The notes: generated by a model not told the origin, from the sequence alone. 64,000 nt of DNA from Candidatus Bathyarchaeota archaeon (GCA_963807605.1 CAWECG010000003.1:672001-736000), one strand, 5' to 3'. Shown: positions 10,282-20,486, counted from the stretch's first letter. Numbers and translations are program-made.

Positions 10282-10481
10282 AGACTTCTTACGCGCGCGT
10301 AACAGCACCGCCTTATGGCGACCTCATAGTAGAATAGCCCAACCGTAACAGGCTAGGATAATTATGGACAACAAAACGGAGTATCGCAGGCGCGAAATAT
10401 GAGAGATCGAAAGACCGTTACGTGCGTGTACACACAATTCTTAAGAACTTCTTAGGGCTAGGTCAGAGTGAGGTGCACAAG

Positions 10482-10610
10482 TTGGCTAAGAACAAAGGAA
10501 ACAAATACGCCTGTGAAGAATGTGGAGCTGTCGTAGTATACGACTCGGACTGCAGTTGCACAACCTGCGATATTGTATGCTGCGGAGTTCCCATGAAGCC
10601 CAAGAAGTGA
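10482..10610 (+). CDS. Desulforedoxin-like Cys-rich small protein (42 aa)
   Basis: TTG start after GAGGTG; KYACEECG...CSCTTC.IVCCGVPM; followed by a pyrimidine/T-rich terminator. Confidence 0.75.
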   Translation: MAKNKGNKYACEECGAVVVYDSDCSCTTCDIVCCGVPMKPKK

Positions 10611-11022
10611 GGAACCTTTTCCTCATCCTCCCTCATCTCTTTTTTTTGAGTTCTACTTCTAACCATAATTAAGGATTGGTGACCTTACAGTAACGCGTTA
10701 CGTCGTGACCTCGGACCCAAGTAAGCATCCTAGGGAGTTTCGAGAATAGAGGAAATGACCACGCGCCTACAGATTCGGGGACCCAGCGTAACAGTAGGCA
10801 GTAGACGACACACCGTCCCTGCCACCGCGAGAAAATTCCCATCATCCGAGATGACTATGACACCGAAAATTGCTAATAGATGCTGGAGATGCTCAAATGT
10901 GTGAGCCAGCGCTTTGCTGGTGCGTAGTGAAATCTTTAGGCGGTCGCGCGGTATTGCAAATGTATGCAGATAAATGGGTGTGTAATAAGTCATCGTGTGT
11001 CGTAGGAGAGAGATAACTACAG

Positions 11023-11628
11023 ATGGGAATACTCACAAACGTTAGGCTGCGGATCCAAACATTCGACGTTAGAGACATCTCCCTTGTGGCAGTCTTCAGC
11101 GCGCTTATGGCTGTGACCACATCTTACGCTGCCCCTCTTCCTTTTGGAGGGCTCACTCATTTTGGGAATACTGTGATGTGGATTGCTTCCATCCTCTTCG
11201 GTGGTCTCATCGGAGGCCTAGCTGGCGGAATTGGCGGGATGATAGTGGACATCCTTCTTGCACCTGTTTGGGCACCCTTCACTTTCTTCTGTAAGCTTGC
11301 CAGCGGGCTTGCCTGTGGGCTCGTGTCAGGCCAGGTTACGTCTATCAACAAGAAGGCCGTCATCAGGATCATTCTAGCGGTCATCACAGGCGCCGTCGTT
11401 AACCTCCTTGCGTACGCCCCGGTCTATCTCCTCTTATTCGGGCCTGGTGCGATGCTGCTGTGGTTAGGACTCTTTCTCACTCCAGGCCCTGCCTTAGCTA
11501 CATATGTTGCCACACCAGCGATAACGCTGGCAGTTTTGAGATCCTACCCAAGGGTAACGAGCTATAGAAGCTCCATAAAAGAGAGGATGAAATTCGAATC
11601 AATACGATTGAGGAGACAGCAGAATTGA
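11023..11628 (+). CDS. ECF transporter S component
   Basis: AVFSALMAV, HFGN...ILFGGLIGGLAGGIGGMIVDILL..WAPFT; about six TM helices. Confidence 0.85.
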   Translation: MGILTNVRLRIQTFDVRDISLVAVFSALMAVTTSYAAPLPFGGLTHFGNTVMWIASILFGGLIGGLAGGIGGMIVDILLAPVWAPFTFFCKLASGLACGLVSGQVTSINKKAVIRIILAVITGAVVNLLAYAPVYLLLFGPGAMLLWLGLFLTPGPALATYVATPAITLAVLRSYPRVTSYRSSIKERMKFESIRLRRQQN

Positions 11629-12359
11629 GCTGGTGGAATGAGTATGAGATAGTGGATGCCCACGCTCACCTCCAGCGAGCTTCACCAGACTTTGGAGTCA
11701 GCCTCACAGCAAGAGAGCTGAGGAAACTGATGCATCAGTACCATTACAGCAAAGTGATTGTGATGGATAGAGACAACGCCATGATTGCCAAGGCTGTTGA
11801 AGGATCAAAGGACCTCTTCGCCAATGTCTGGGTCAACCCCAAAGAAAGACGCAGCGAGAGAGACATCAAAAATTACCTGAAAAGAAGGAACTTCATAGGA
11901 ATCAAGCTACATCCCCTCTTCGACGGCTACACCCCTGATTCTCCGATAGTCCGTCCCATAGCTAAACTGGCTGAGAAGGCTGGCGTCCCAATCCAGCTCC
12001 ACTGCGGACACCCTCCCTTCAGCCTTCCATGGAGCTTCGAACCTTTAGCCAGAGCGTTTCCAGAGGTGAATATGGTCCTTGTACACATGGGCCATGGCCA
12101 TATAGTGTATATCAATGGTTCAATAGAGGTAGCGGAACGTAACAAGAACATCTATCTAGAGACCAGTGGGATGCCCATGCACACTAAGATCAAAGAGGCG
12201 ATGGAACGCGTAGGCAGGGACAGGGTTCTGTACGGTGACGACCTCCCCTGCGGTCATCCCTCATGGGAACTTGAGAAGACTCATGTCTCAGGCTTGGATA
12301 AAGAGAACCTGCGACGAGTGTTGGGGGAGAATGCGAAAAGGCTCTACTGCTTAGAATAG
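11625..12359 (+). CDS. Amidohydrolase_2 family TIM-barrel metal hydrolase
   Basis: DAHAH, GIKLHP, HCGH, LVHMG, YLETS, RVLYGDD, GENAKRL. Confidence 0.88.
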   Translation: MSWWNEYEIVDAHAHLQRASPDFGVSLTARELRKLMHQYHYSKVIVMDRDNAMIAKAVEGSKDLFANVWVNPKERRSERDIKNYLKRRNFIGIKLHPLFDGYTPDSPIVRPIAKLAEKAGVPIQLHCGHPPFSLPWSFEPLARAFPEVNMVLVHMGHGHIVYINGSIEVAERNKNIYLETSGMPMHTKIKEAMERVGRDRVLYGDDLPCGHPSWELEKTHVSGLDKENLRRVLGENAKRLYCLE

Positions 12360-12504
12360 CCTGAGGAACTGACGCTATCAGAAGCTTGAATCAGCTTAGC
12401 TTCAAACGGTCTAAGAGATTGGTTACGCACGAGCATTCCGCGATCTGATCAACACGTGCGCTAAGAACTTGTTTCACTGAGATTGATATTGATAGTGAGC
12501 GATG

Positions 12505-12747
12505 ATGAGAATAGTTGGTATAGTTGACAGACCCAGAAAAGGAGGGATACTGGCATTCTGATAGGTGAGCCCGCTAGAGTAGAAAGATATTACTCATTGA
12601 TCATTCAATTTTTGGTATCTCTCTGTCTAAAGGATGGTCTATAGATCACGTAATCTTTGGAACTTGATTCATAAAATCGTTTTTTGTGTGTGCGCATCGA
12701 TCTGGCTGGTCTTTGGAATTCGGTTTGTTTATTCAGTGTTTAAGTGA
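12505..12747 (+). pseudogene. Degraded, internally deleted copy of the flavoprotein-lysE gene pair
   Basis: The 5' part reads MRIVGIVDRPRKGG, compare MRVLGIVGSPRKGG at 16951. The 3' part aligns at DNA level with the end of the lysE gene (about 18030-18145). Confidence 0.7.
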
Positions 12748-12865
12748 ATGATACTTGTTTGGCGAGTGCTAGGATTTTTTTCTTGTGTGCTCGCCAAGTA
12801 GGGCAAAGATGAACACGAGGGACGTTTAAGTATTGCAGGTACAGAAAGAGTACGACTGTGCAATC

Positions 12866-13639
12866 TTGAGCGATCTAATTGGTTTGGCAGGTCTCTTTTT
12901 AGCGGCCATATTTGCCGGCGCCATCAATTCCGTAGGCGGAGGCGGCACTCTCATCTCCTTTCCATCACTTGTGGCGTTCGGCCAACCCGAGATCATCTCT
13001 AACGCAACAAACACAGCGGCGATTTGGCCTGGGTCGCTTAGCAGCGCCCTCGGTTATCGAAAGGACACATCAATCCAGCGGAGTTTACTCATCACGCTTG
13101 CCATTCCCAGTCTGATTGGCGGCCTTCTCGGCGCCATAATTCTGGTGATCACGCCCCTAGCAACTTTCAAACACGTCGTCCCATTTCTGGTTCTCTTTGC
13201 TACTTTGGTGCTTGCGTTGCGCCAGCTTCTTACTCGGAAATTCGGCAGCATTGCTACTGGCGGAGAGCATGTGACAACGGTTGGGCGAATCTGGGGGTTT
13301 CTCTTCCAACTATTCGTCGCTACTTACGGCGGCTACTTCGGGGCAGGCATAGGCATCCTCATGTTGGGATCGCTAAGCCTGATGGGTCTGCGTGATATTC
13401 ACCAGATGAACGCGATCAAGACTCCCCTCGTCGCCATCATCAACGTGACTGCATTCGTCTTCTTCGCACTCGAAGGATTAGTAGTTTGGCCCCTGATGAT
13501 TCTCATGACGGCGGGTTCTATTATTGGTGGTTACGGTGGCGCGCGCTTAGCTAAACGGGTGAAACCTTCCATTCTCTACACGTTCGTGGTTGCTATTGGC
13601 CTGCTGGTTTCAGGCTGGTTCTTCATCAGGTTACTCTAG
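12866..13639 (+). CDS. Sulfite exporter TauE/SafE family membrane protein
   Basis: AGAINSVGGGG, ATN, YGGYFGAGIG, NAIK. Start approximate (TTG 12866). Confidence 0.88.
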   Translation: MSDLIGLAGLFLAAIFAGAINSVGGGGTLISFPSLVAFGQPEIISNATNTAAIWPGSLSSALGYRKDTSIQRSLLITLAIPSLIGGLLGAIILVITPLATFKHVVPFLVLFATLVLALRQLLTRKFGSIATGGEHVTTVGRIWGFLFQLFVATYGGYFGAGIGILMLGSLSLMGLRDIHQMNAIKTPLVAIINVTAFVFFALEGLVVWPLMILMTAGSIIGGYGGARLAKRVKPSILYTFVVAIGLLVSGWFFIRLL

Positions 13640-13791
13640 CCTACCAAAAACACATTTTTAGCGCGCGCTATACGTTCACTAAATGATGAAGGGAAAGTTC
13701 ACAGAATGTACACGGGTACTAAACAGTATGAGAAGGTTGAAAGGTATGCTGACGGCTTAATTAAGTATAGGAGTATTGAGAGGTGATCACT

Positions 13792-14001
13792 TTGAAGATA
13801 AGTGCAAGAAACCGCCTGAAAGGAAGAGTCAAACAAGTTGTCAGAGGGGATATAACCTCAATGGTTAAGATCGAAGTTACCAAACCTGCAACGATAACAG
13901 CAGTCATTACAAAAGAAGCTGTTGAGGACCTACAAATCAAGGAAGGCGACGAAGTAGAGGCAGTCATCAAATCAACAGAAATAATGATCGCCAAGGAATA
14001 G
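13792..14001 (+). CDS. mop: Molbindin / Mop single TOBE-domain protein
   Basis: KISARNRLKG...ITAVIT.EAVEDL....G..V.AVIKST; TTG start after GAGGTGA. Confidence 0.9.
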   Translation: MKISARNRLKGRVKQVVRGDITSMVKIEVTKPATITAVITKEAVEDLQIKEGDEVEAVIKSTEIMIAKE

Positions 14002-14359
14002 AACACGCCTCCAAACAGAAACGAGTCGCTATCATGGAAGCGCCCGCGTTACGTATGCGGCATCTGCTTTTGATATTCGAGGTTTGAAAAGACTACCGAA
14101 TAGATTGAAACTAGAATTACTGGTACAAGGATGAAAAATACTGCATACTTCGGGAGGAAGATTCCGGTAAAGCGGTCAAACCAGTGATCTTGAAAAGCTT
14201 GCCTCCGACTCTATGGGTTTTCTCCCATACTCATTCACTGCCTAGAGACCACGGTGTTCATATCCCTATGAACTAGGTTCTCCTTGCATTCTCAGTAAGA
14301 ACACCAGTCTATCTTTCGAGAGTATTCTCTTATTGGCGTGCGCTTTTATCTGGAGTCTT

Positions 14360-15457
14360 TTAGCTCATTTTGAAGTTGTTGAGCTTCTCCCAGTCAAAAA
14401 CTATTCCATGACCAGGCTTGTCTGATGGTGAAGCACACCCATTAACTATGTCAAAGGAGTTCTGTAGTACACCTGAATCGCGTAGATTGCATCCTGGTAG
14501 ATGTTCCAATAGTATTGCATTTCTAGCCGCGCACGATGTTTGGACTGCTATCTCTTCGGTGAAATGAGGGGCCATAGGTAAGCCAAGTAGCTCGGCCATA
14601 TGAGCCATTTTCATCCATTCGGTAACACCGCCGATTCTGAGAACATCGAGTTGGATGATATCCGCGCATCTTCTAGCGATTAGGGCAGCTGCCTCGGAGC
14701 GATTGTATAAACTCTCTCCAGCTGCTATTGAAATATCAAGTTTCTTGGTGAGATATTGATATCCGTCGAGAAGATTCGCGTCTATTGGTTCTTCAAGCCA
14801 ATAAACGCCCAAACGTTCCAGTTCTCTGCCTTTTCCAAGGCTCTCTTTCACCGACCACCTTCTGTTCGCATCAACCATTAGAATGCTACTCGAACCAATC
14901 GCTTTCTTCACAGCAGCGACCCGCTCAAGATCTTCGTTGAAGTCAGGTTTTCCAACTTTAATCTTGAAGGCCGTGAACCCTTCTTTCCTGTATTGCGAAC
15001 ACTCTGAGACGAGTTCATCTTGAGTATAGTTGAGGTCGATTGCGCTTCTATACACTCTTACCTTAGCATCTCGGGATCCTCCTAACATAACATACAATGG
15101 GAGCCCGGAGGATTTTGCGTTCGCATCCCAAACCGCAAGATCAAGAGCCGCATAGGCAAGCCTAGCAAGGCCCTCGAGACCGAAAGAATATGTTTCGGAC
15201 AACACGTGTTCGTATAGACTGTTGGGATCTGAGATGCCACTTGAAATTAGTTCCTTCGCAAAATAATCATCAATCAAATGCATTATGGAACTTCCACCCT
15301 TACCCTGCGTGTAAGTCCAGCCTACTCCGTCAATTCCGTTACTAAAAGACAACTTCACAATGACGAACTCATACTCTGAAAATCTCCTAAAAGAATTCTC
15401 AAGGATTCGCCGACAGGGGATCCGATACAACCCAACGTCGCATGAAAGAGGCTTCAT
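14360..15457 (-). CDS. Mandelate racemase/muconate lactonizing enzyme family protein
   Basis: ALDLAVWD, FKIKVG, MVDAN, WLEEP, AAGES, GGVTE, APH. Confidence 0.9.
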   Translation of the reverse strand: MKPLSCDVGLYRIPCRRILENSFRRFSEYEFVIVKLSFSNGIDGVGWTYTQGKGGSSIMHLIDDYFAKELISSGISDPNSLYEHVLSETYSFGLEGLARLAYAALDLAVWDANAKSSGLPLYVMLGGSRDAKVRVYRSAIDLNYTQDELVSECSQYRKEGFTAFKIKVGKPDFNEDLERVAAVKKAIGSSSILMVDANRRWSVKESLGKGRELERLGVYWLEEPIDANLLDGYQYLTKKLDISIAAGESLYNRSEAAALIARRCADIIQLDVLRIGGVTEWMKMAHMAELLGLPMAPHFTEEIAVQTSCAARNAILLEHLPGCNLRDSGVLQNSFDIVNGCASPSDKPGHGIVFDWEKLNNFKMS

Positions 15458-15927
15458 CGATACTAAACCACCTTTACTCTTCGATCTTCCTCAACTTTTG
15501 TGTTGAATCTCGCATTCTTTGATCACTGTCTTAAAATCTTTCATCGCTGTGGAATGCGCTAACCATCCCTGGCGGTAACGGAGATAAAGCCTCGTATCAG
15601 CAACTCCTGCAAGAGGCATAGTGGAAAGAGTGTTACAATTTGAACTGTCTGGTGCAGGGAATAGGATTCGCGCCCCCTATTACCAGCAAAAAAAGCCACC
15701 CACTCGTAAACCTTAACGAGAACTCAAAGGGTAAAAGAGTGACGCGCTCTACAGGGCTTAGGCTTGCTGATCGGTGGTGATACAAACCAACTGTAGGTAG
15801 ACATAGATAACTGACCGTTCTGCGGGATCACGCAGATACTGGTTTTTGACGCGGCCATTAATGTGTACATTTCTGGAGGAAGTTGCCTAACACGTGTGCA
15901 GTACAGCCTTAGCGCGCACGTAACACC

Positions 15928-16449
15928 TCACATGAACCTCTCGAACCTGTCCCTCTTGGCCTTGCATATTGGACACACGGCCGGAGGACTCACCCTAGCA
16001 CACAGATAACCACATACCTTGCATCGCCACACCGGATAGGTCAACCCGACCGGCGCCGTTCCGCCCTTCAGGATCTCCATCGTGTCCTGCTTCATCTTCT
16101 GGCGGTCCTCGGCAGGAGGTCGCCGCTCAGGTATTGACTTTGCCTCCTTCTTGCCGGCCTTTATGTCATCATCCACGTAGAGTGCACAGTAGCATGCTCC
16201 GTATTCCACTAGATCCTGATCTCTATAGTCGCAAGGACATATGATGTCTAGATCCTCATCCTTATTTCCCGAGGCGAGCCTGCAGGGACAGGCCATATAC
16301 CCGTATCTCTCCTCGTTGGTGAGGAGCCCCTTGATGAGATTCTTCACAAACTCCTTGTCTGGGTGCAGGTGGTAGCCTCCTTCCTCCGCTTCTTTGTCGA
16401 GCCTCTCCATTGTCTTGACAACCCTGTCCTCTGAGACAGAGGGGCTCAT
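15928..16449 (-). CDS. Ferredoxin:thioredoxin reductase catalytic-type protein with C-terminal rubredoxin-like domain (FDR-like)
   Basis: CPCR, ICPC, CYCALY plus WRCKVCGY...PAVCPICKA; ATG 16449 coupled to the glutaredoxin stop. Confidence 0.9.
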   Translation of the reverse strand: MSPSVSEDRVVKTMERLDKEAEEGGYHLHPDKEFVKNLIKGLLTNEERYGYMACPCRLASGNKDEDLDIICPCDYRDQDLVEYGACYCALYVDDDIKAGKKEAKSIPERRPPAEDRQKMKQDTMEILKGGTAPVGLTYPVWRCKVCGYLCARVSPPAVCPICKAKRDRFERFM

Positions 16450-16727
16450 AATCTTAGAGCCTCCTTTATCTTGTCCTCGTTGAACCCCACTATGCAATAC
16501 TGATTGTCGATCACTATGGTAGGGTAGGAGCCTACAGGATTCCACTTCTCGACCTCTTTCATGATATTGTCCCTCTCCTTTCCCATCAGGAGATCGACTT
16601 CGACGTAATCATAGGCCAAGCCTAGCTCTCTAAGGAACTTCTTTATCTTCTTGCACCATCCGCAGGTGCTGAGGGTGTAGAGAACGATCTTCCCGGCATT
16701 CTTTCCCTTTACGTGAACGATGTTCAT
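16446..16727 (-). CDS. Glutaredoxin-like protein (methanoredoxin-like)
   Basis: LSTCGWC, cis-Pro motif SYPT, GF. Confidence 0.88.
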   Translation of the reverse strand: MNIVHVKGKNAGKIVLYTLSTCGWCKKIKKFLRELGLAYDYVEVDLLMGKERDNIMKEVEKWNPVGSYPTIVIDNQYCIVGFNEDKIKEALRL

Positions 16728-16950
16728 TTCTATCGCATCTTGATAGATTCACTATTGTGTTTGGAGTAGTATTTTTGTTTGATTATTTTTCAAGCAGAAC
16801 AATGATAATGACAAGTATTTGTTCTCATTCGATCGTTTCTACTTTCATGCAAGAGGAATAACGCTCGCTTACAGACGTTAGGTCGAGTGATTCATTAGGC
16901 TTCAACCTTTAAGAATTTGAACTAGTCAGATTGAGTTGGAGTGATTATGA

Positions 16951-17520
16951 ATGAGGGTGCTTGGTATAGTCGGTAGTCCTAGGAAGGGGGGAAACTCAGA
17001 CATTCTGGTGGATGAGGTGCTGAGAGGAGCTAAGGATACTGGCGCAGAAGTGGAGAAACTTTTTTTGAATGAGCTGGAGATTAAACCTTGTCAGGCCGTA
17101 TGTAGCGATTACTGCAAGGGGAAAGGCGACTGTAAGATAAAGGATGATATGTCGCCATTATACAGTAAACTCTATGATAGCGATGCCATAGTTTTGGGCA
17201 CCCCTCTCTATTGGTACGGTCCAACCGCTCAATTGAAAGCGTTCATGGACCGTTGGTACGCATTCTCGCATCCAAGATACATTCACAAGATGAAAGGAAA
17301 GAAAGTAGTCTTAGTGGCACCATTCGAAGAGAGCGATATCTCCGCAGCCGACCCCCTTGTGCAGATGTTCACCAAATCACTAGATTATCTTGAGGCTGAA
17401 TTTCATGCAAAATTACTCGTCTCTGCAGGAAAGAAGGGTGCGGTAAAGCAAGACCCAGAAGCGATGAGCCAAGCCTACAAAATAGGACTACAATTGAAAT
17501 CAATTTCGAAGGGCCCTTAG
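16951..17520 (+). CDS. Flavodoxin-fold iron-sulfur flavoprotein / NADPH-dependent FMN reductase family
   Basis: GSPRKGGNS, Cys cluster CQAVCSDYC.....C, GTPLYW, KAFMDR. Confidence 0.88.
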   Translation: MRVLGIVGSPRKGGNSDILVDEVLRGAKDTGAEVEKLFLNELEIKPCQAVCSDYCKGKGDCKIKDDMSPLYSKLYDSDAIVLGTPLYWYGPTAQLKAFMDRWYAFSHPRYIHKMKGKKVVLVAPFEESDISAADPLVQMFTKSLDYLEAEFHAKLLVSAGKKGAVKQDPEAMSQAYKIGLQLKSISKGP

Positions 17521-17521
17521 A

Positions 17522-18142
17522 TTGGAACCCCTACTAGATGTTCCCCTCTTCCTCGTTTCAGTTGCTATCATATCACTTTCAGGCGTGATGATGCCTGGTC
17601 CAGTAATGGCTGTAACGATAGCAAAAGGGAAAAGCAGCGGGAACGCTGGAGCTTTAATCGCTTTAGGCCACGGGGTTATAGAGATACCTCTAATGGTCTT
17701 AATCTATTTTGGATTCGCACAGTTTTTCGCCTATGAGATCGTAAGGAGAGTCATCGGGTTTGTTGGGGGCGTAATGCTCGGTTTCATGGGAACACAGATG
17801 TTCAAAACCAAAGACCACGTTGAAGGAGAGGAACTGAATATGAAGTTCAGTTCACTATTCTCAGGAATCGTTACGACAACCGCTAATCCCTATTTCTTTC
17901 TTTGGTGGGCGACAATCGGATCTGCTTTAGTCATTAACTCAACCATCTTTGGCATGACTGGATTCCTCCTCTTTGCTCTTGCTCATTGGTCATGTGACTT
18001 TGCCTGGGATCTCTTCGTCTCAAAAGCAGTCTATAAATCACGTAACTTCTGGAATTTGAAGATCCATAGGATCGTCTTTGGTGGATGCGCGTCAATTTTG
18101 ATTATTTTTGGATTTTGGTTTGTCTACTCAGCGATAAAGTAA
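17522..18142 (+). CDS. LysE family translocator
   Basis: SGVMMPGP, ALGH, NPYFFLWW. Confidence 0.88.
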   Translation: MEPLLDVPLFLVSVAIISLSGVMMPGPVMAVTIAKGKSSGNAGALIALGHGVIEIPLMVLIYFGFAQFFAYEIVRRVIGFVGGVMLGFMGTQMFKTKDHVEGEELNMKFSSLFSGIVTTTANPYFFLWWATIGSALVINSTIFGMTGFLLFALAHWSCDFAWDLFVSKAVYKSRNFWNLKIHRIVFGGCASILIIFGFWFVYSAIK

Positions 18143-18195
18143 ATGATGCCAATTAGGCAGGGTTACACGAGTATCAGCGTATGGATGACTAGAAA

Positions 18196-19188
18196 TTGGG
18201 TGGAAGAAACACTCCCAAGATTGCTATAACGATGGGCTATGCAGCCGGCATTGGACCTGAACTGATTGTCAAAACACTGTCAAAACCAGAAATGCACCTT
18301 GTGTGCAGGCCCTTGGTCATAGGCGACAGTAGAATACTCCGGAAGATAGCTGGAATATGCGGTGTGACGATCGAGTGGAATAAGATTGAGAACGCTGGAC
18401 AGGCTGAATTCAAACCCGGTTTGGTTGACTTGATAGATCCGCAGAACACGCCGATTAATGATTTTGAGTGGGGAAAAGTCATTCCGTCTTTGGGCAAAGC
18501 CTCTGGAGAATATCTTGAGATTGCTTGGAAAGCCGCGATCGACAGAAAAGTCGAGGGAATCATATCGGGGGTCCTCCATAAAGAGGCGCTGAATAAAGGC
18601 GGCTACCCTTTTAGTGATGAACTTGAATTCTTCTCCAAGATTACTGGAAGCCCAAAGCCCTTTCTTGTCGGTGTAACAGGCAATTTATGGACCATTCCAG
18701 TCACCTGTCACATACCTTTCAAAAAGATCCCTGAGAAGATAACCGAAGATAATGTGCTCTTTCATATCAAAGCCATAAACCAAGTGATGCGCAACTACGG
18801 CTTTGAGAAACCCCGAATAGCGGTTGCTGCCCTTAACGTACACGGAGGAGAAGGAGGCCTCTTCGGTGATGAGGAGAAGAAAGCCATTAAACCAGCCATA
18901 TCAGAGGCATGTCGTCTTGGAATAGATGCATCTGGACCTTACCCGGCAGATACCATATTTATACGTGTTCAGAATGGAGAATTTGACTCCATTGTTGGCA
19001 TGTACCATGATCAAATAAACATAGGAAGGAAACTGATAGGTGGAATGAAGGGCGCGACACTCTTCATGGGACTTCCCGTTCCATGCGGCACAACAGCACA
19101 CGGCACAGCACTCGGTAAGGCTGGCAAAGGCATTGCTGACTTTTCAAGCATGGAAACTGCGGTCAAAATAGTCTCAAGACTTGCTTGA
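18196..19188 (+). CDS. pdxA: PdxA family dehydrogenase (4-hydroxythreonine-4-phosphate / PdxA2-like)
   Basis: AGIGPE, TCH, ALNVHGGEGG.FG.EE, GPYPADT, MYHDQ, HGTA. Confidence 0.85.
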   Translation: MGGRNTPKIAITMGYAAGIGPELIVKTLSKPEMHLVCRPLVIGDSRILRKIAGICGVTIEWNKIENAGQAEFKPGLVDLIDPQNTPINDFEWGKVIPSLGKASGEYLEIAWKAAIDRKVEGIISGVLHKEALNKGGYPFSDELEFFSKITGSPKPFLVGVTGNLWTIPVTCHIPFKKIPEKITEDNVLFHIKAINQVMRNYGFEKPRIAVAALNVHGGEGGLFGDEEKKAIKPAISEACRLGIDASGPYPADTIFIRVQNGEFDSIVGMYHDQINIGRKLIGGMKGATLFMGLPVPCGTTAHGTALGKAGKGIADFSSMETAVKIVSRLA

Positions 19189-19454
19189 GACATGATGTCA
19201 AGAGCGCGCGTGCTATAGACCCCTTGTTCTACAACAAAATATGGAAACTTGACCAAGAGTATAATCTTGCACAATACCGAATCGCAGAAGAATATCTCAA
19301 TATTATCAGCGGTTCCACAGTTCAATCGAAAATCGATACCGATGAGCACGTGGTGACTTTTTGTTTTGCCTGTGGCACGCTGCTTGAGTCAGGAGTTATA
19401 TGCACGTAGCTAGAAGAATTTATGCAAACCATACGCGTGCTAAGAAATGTCGGG

Positions 19455-20486
19455 TTAATACTTTCCTTTCCATAGTTTTGTGTCTTTGGTCTTAACCACT
19501 TTGTTCCTTAGGACCCCTATGCCTTCTATTTCAAATTCTATAATGTCTCCTGGCTTTATCCATTGATCGTTCTCGGATCCACATCCTCCTCCAACCGTGC
19601 CTGAGCCGAAGACTTCTCCGGGGTGAAGTGTCTCGTCTTGAGAACAGTATTCAATTATTTCTTCCCAAGTGAATTGCATGGTTCCAGTGTTGCCGTCGGT
19701 AACTATTTTGTCATTTATTTTTGCGGTCATTCTCAGATTTCTTATTCTATTACGTAGCTCGTCAGCGGTTACAAGACAGGGTCCCATAATGTAGCCGTTG
19801 TTGAAGTCTTTGCCCTTGGCGGGTCCCATGCGGGATTCCATCTCGATCCTTTGCCTGTCTCTTGCGCTTAGATCGTTCAAAATGGTGTATCCTGCTATGT
19901 ATTCTGCTGCTTTGCTGCTGGGTATGTCTGTTCCTTTCTTGCCAATGTACATGGCATATTCGAACTCGTAGTCCAATTTGTTCGTATAGCTAGGCCATAG
20001 GATTGGATCGTCTGGACCAGCAATGAGGTTGGTATTGCATTTATGATATATCGGAATGTCGTAGAATATTTGGGAAACCGTCTCTCCCCGTCTCTTTCGC
20101 ATGGTTTCGTAGTGTTTCAGAAAACCCATGAAGTCTCTCATATGCGCTGGTTTAGGTATTGGCGCAAGTAACCTCACTTCTTGCCGGCTATATGTTATTC
20201 TTTCATCGTTAGGTCCCTTTAATCCGCTTTCTTTCTTCAGACTCGCTTCTACGTAATCAAGTGCTTTTCTTGAGGCTTCTCTAGCAAAGTCTCCACGTTT
20301 CAAGTACTCTATCATGTCAAGTGGGATAGTGAATTCCGCCAGGGTATAGGCCTCATCTTCTGCTTTATCGTAAAAAAGATACGACGCATAAGCCGTTCTT
20401 AAGTCCACTATGCGATCAAAACTTAAAGCACCAATTCTAGTGAAAATGCCAACAGGTGTCTTCACTTCAAAAGTAACTAGCTTCAA
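19455..20486 (-). CDS. Fumarylacetoacetate hydrolase family protein
   Basis: RDFMGF, LDYEFE, GYTILNDLSARD, KGKDF, GSGTVGGG. Confidence 0.9.
   Translation of the reverse strand: MKLVTFEVKTPVGIFTRIGALSFDRIVDLRTAYASYLFYDKAEDEAYTLAEFTIPLDMIEYLKRGDFAREASRKALDYVEASLKKESGLKGPNDERITYSRQEVRLLAPIPKPAHMRDFMGFLKHYETMRKRRGETVSQIFYDIPIYHKCNTNLIAGPDDPILWPSYTNKLDYEFEYAMYIGKKGTDIPSSKAAEYIAGYTILNDLSARDRQRIEMESRMGPAKGKDFNNGYIMGPCLVTADELRNRIRNLRMTAKINDKIVTDGNTGTMQFTWEEIIEYCSQDETLHPGEVFGSGTVGGGCGSENDQWIKPGDIIEFEIEGIGVLRNKVVKTKDTKLWKGKY

Noticed and set aside
10650-11022. Riboswitch upstream of the ECF S component
   Set aside because: No recognisable TPP, FMN, cobalamin or Moco consensus by eye; a covariance-model search would be needed.
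13539-13550. GGCGCGCGCTTA inside the tauE coding sequence as a boundary site
   Set aside because: It encodes the family-typical GARL and the frame continues normally; treated as coincidental, like similar short hits near 3676 and 11099.
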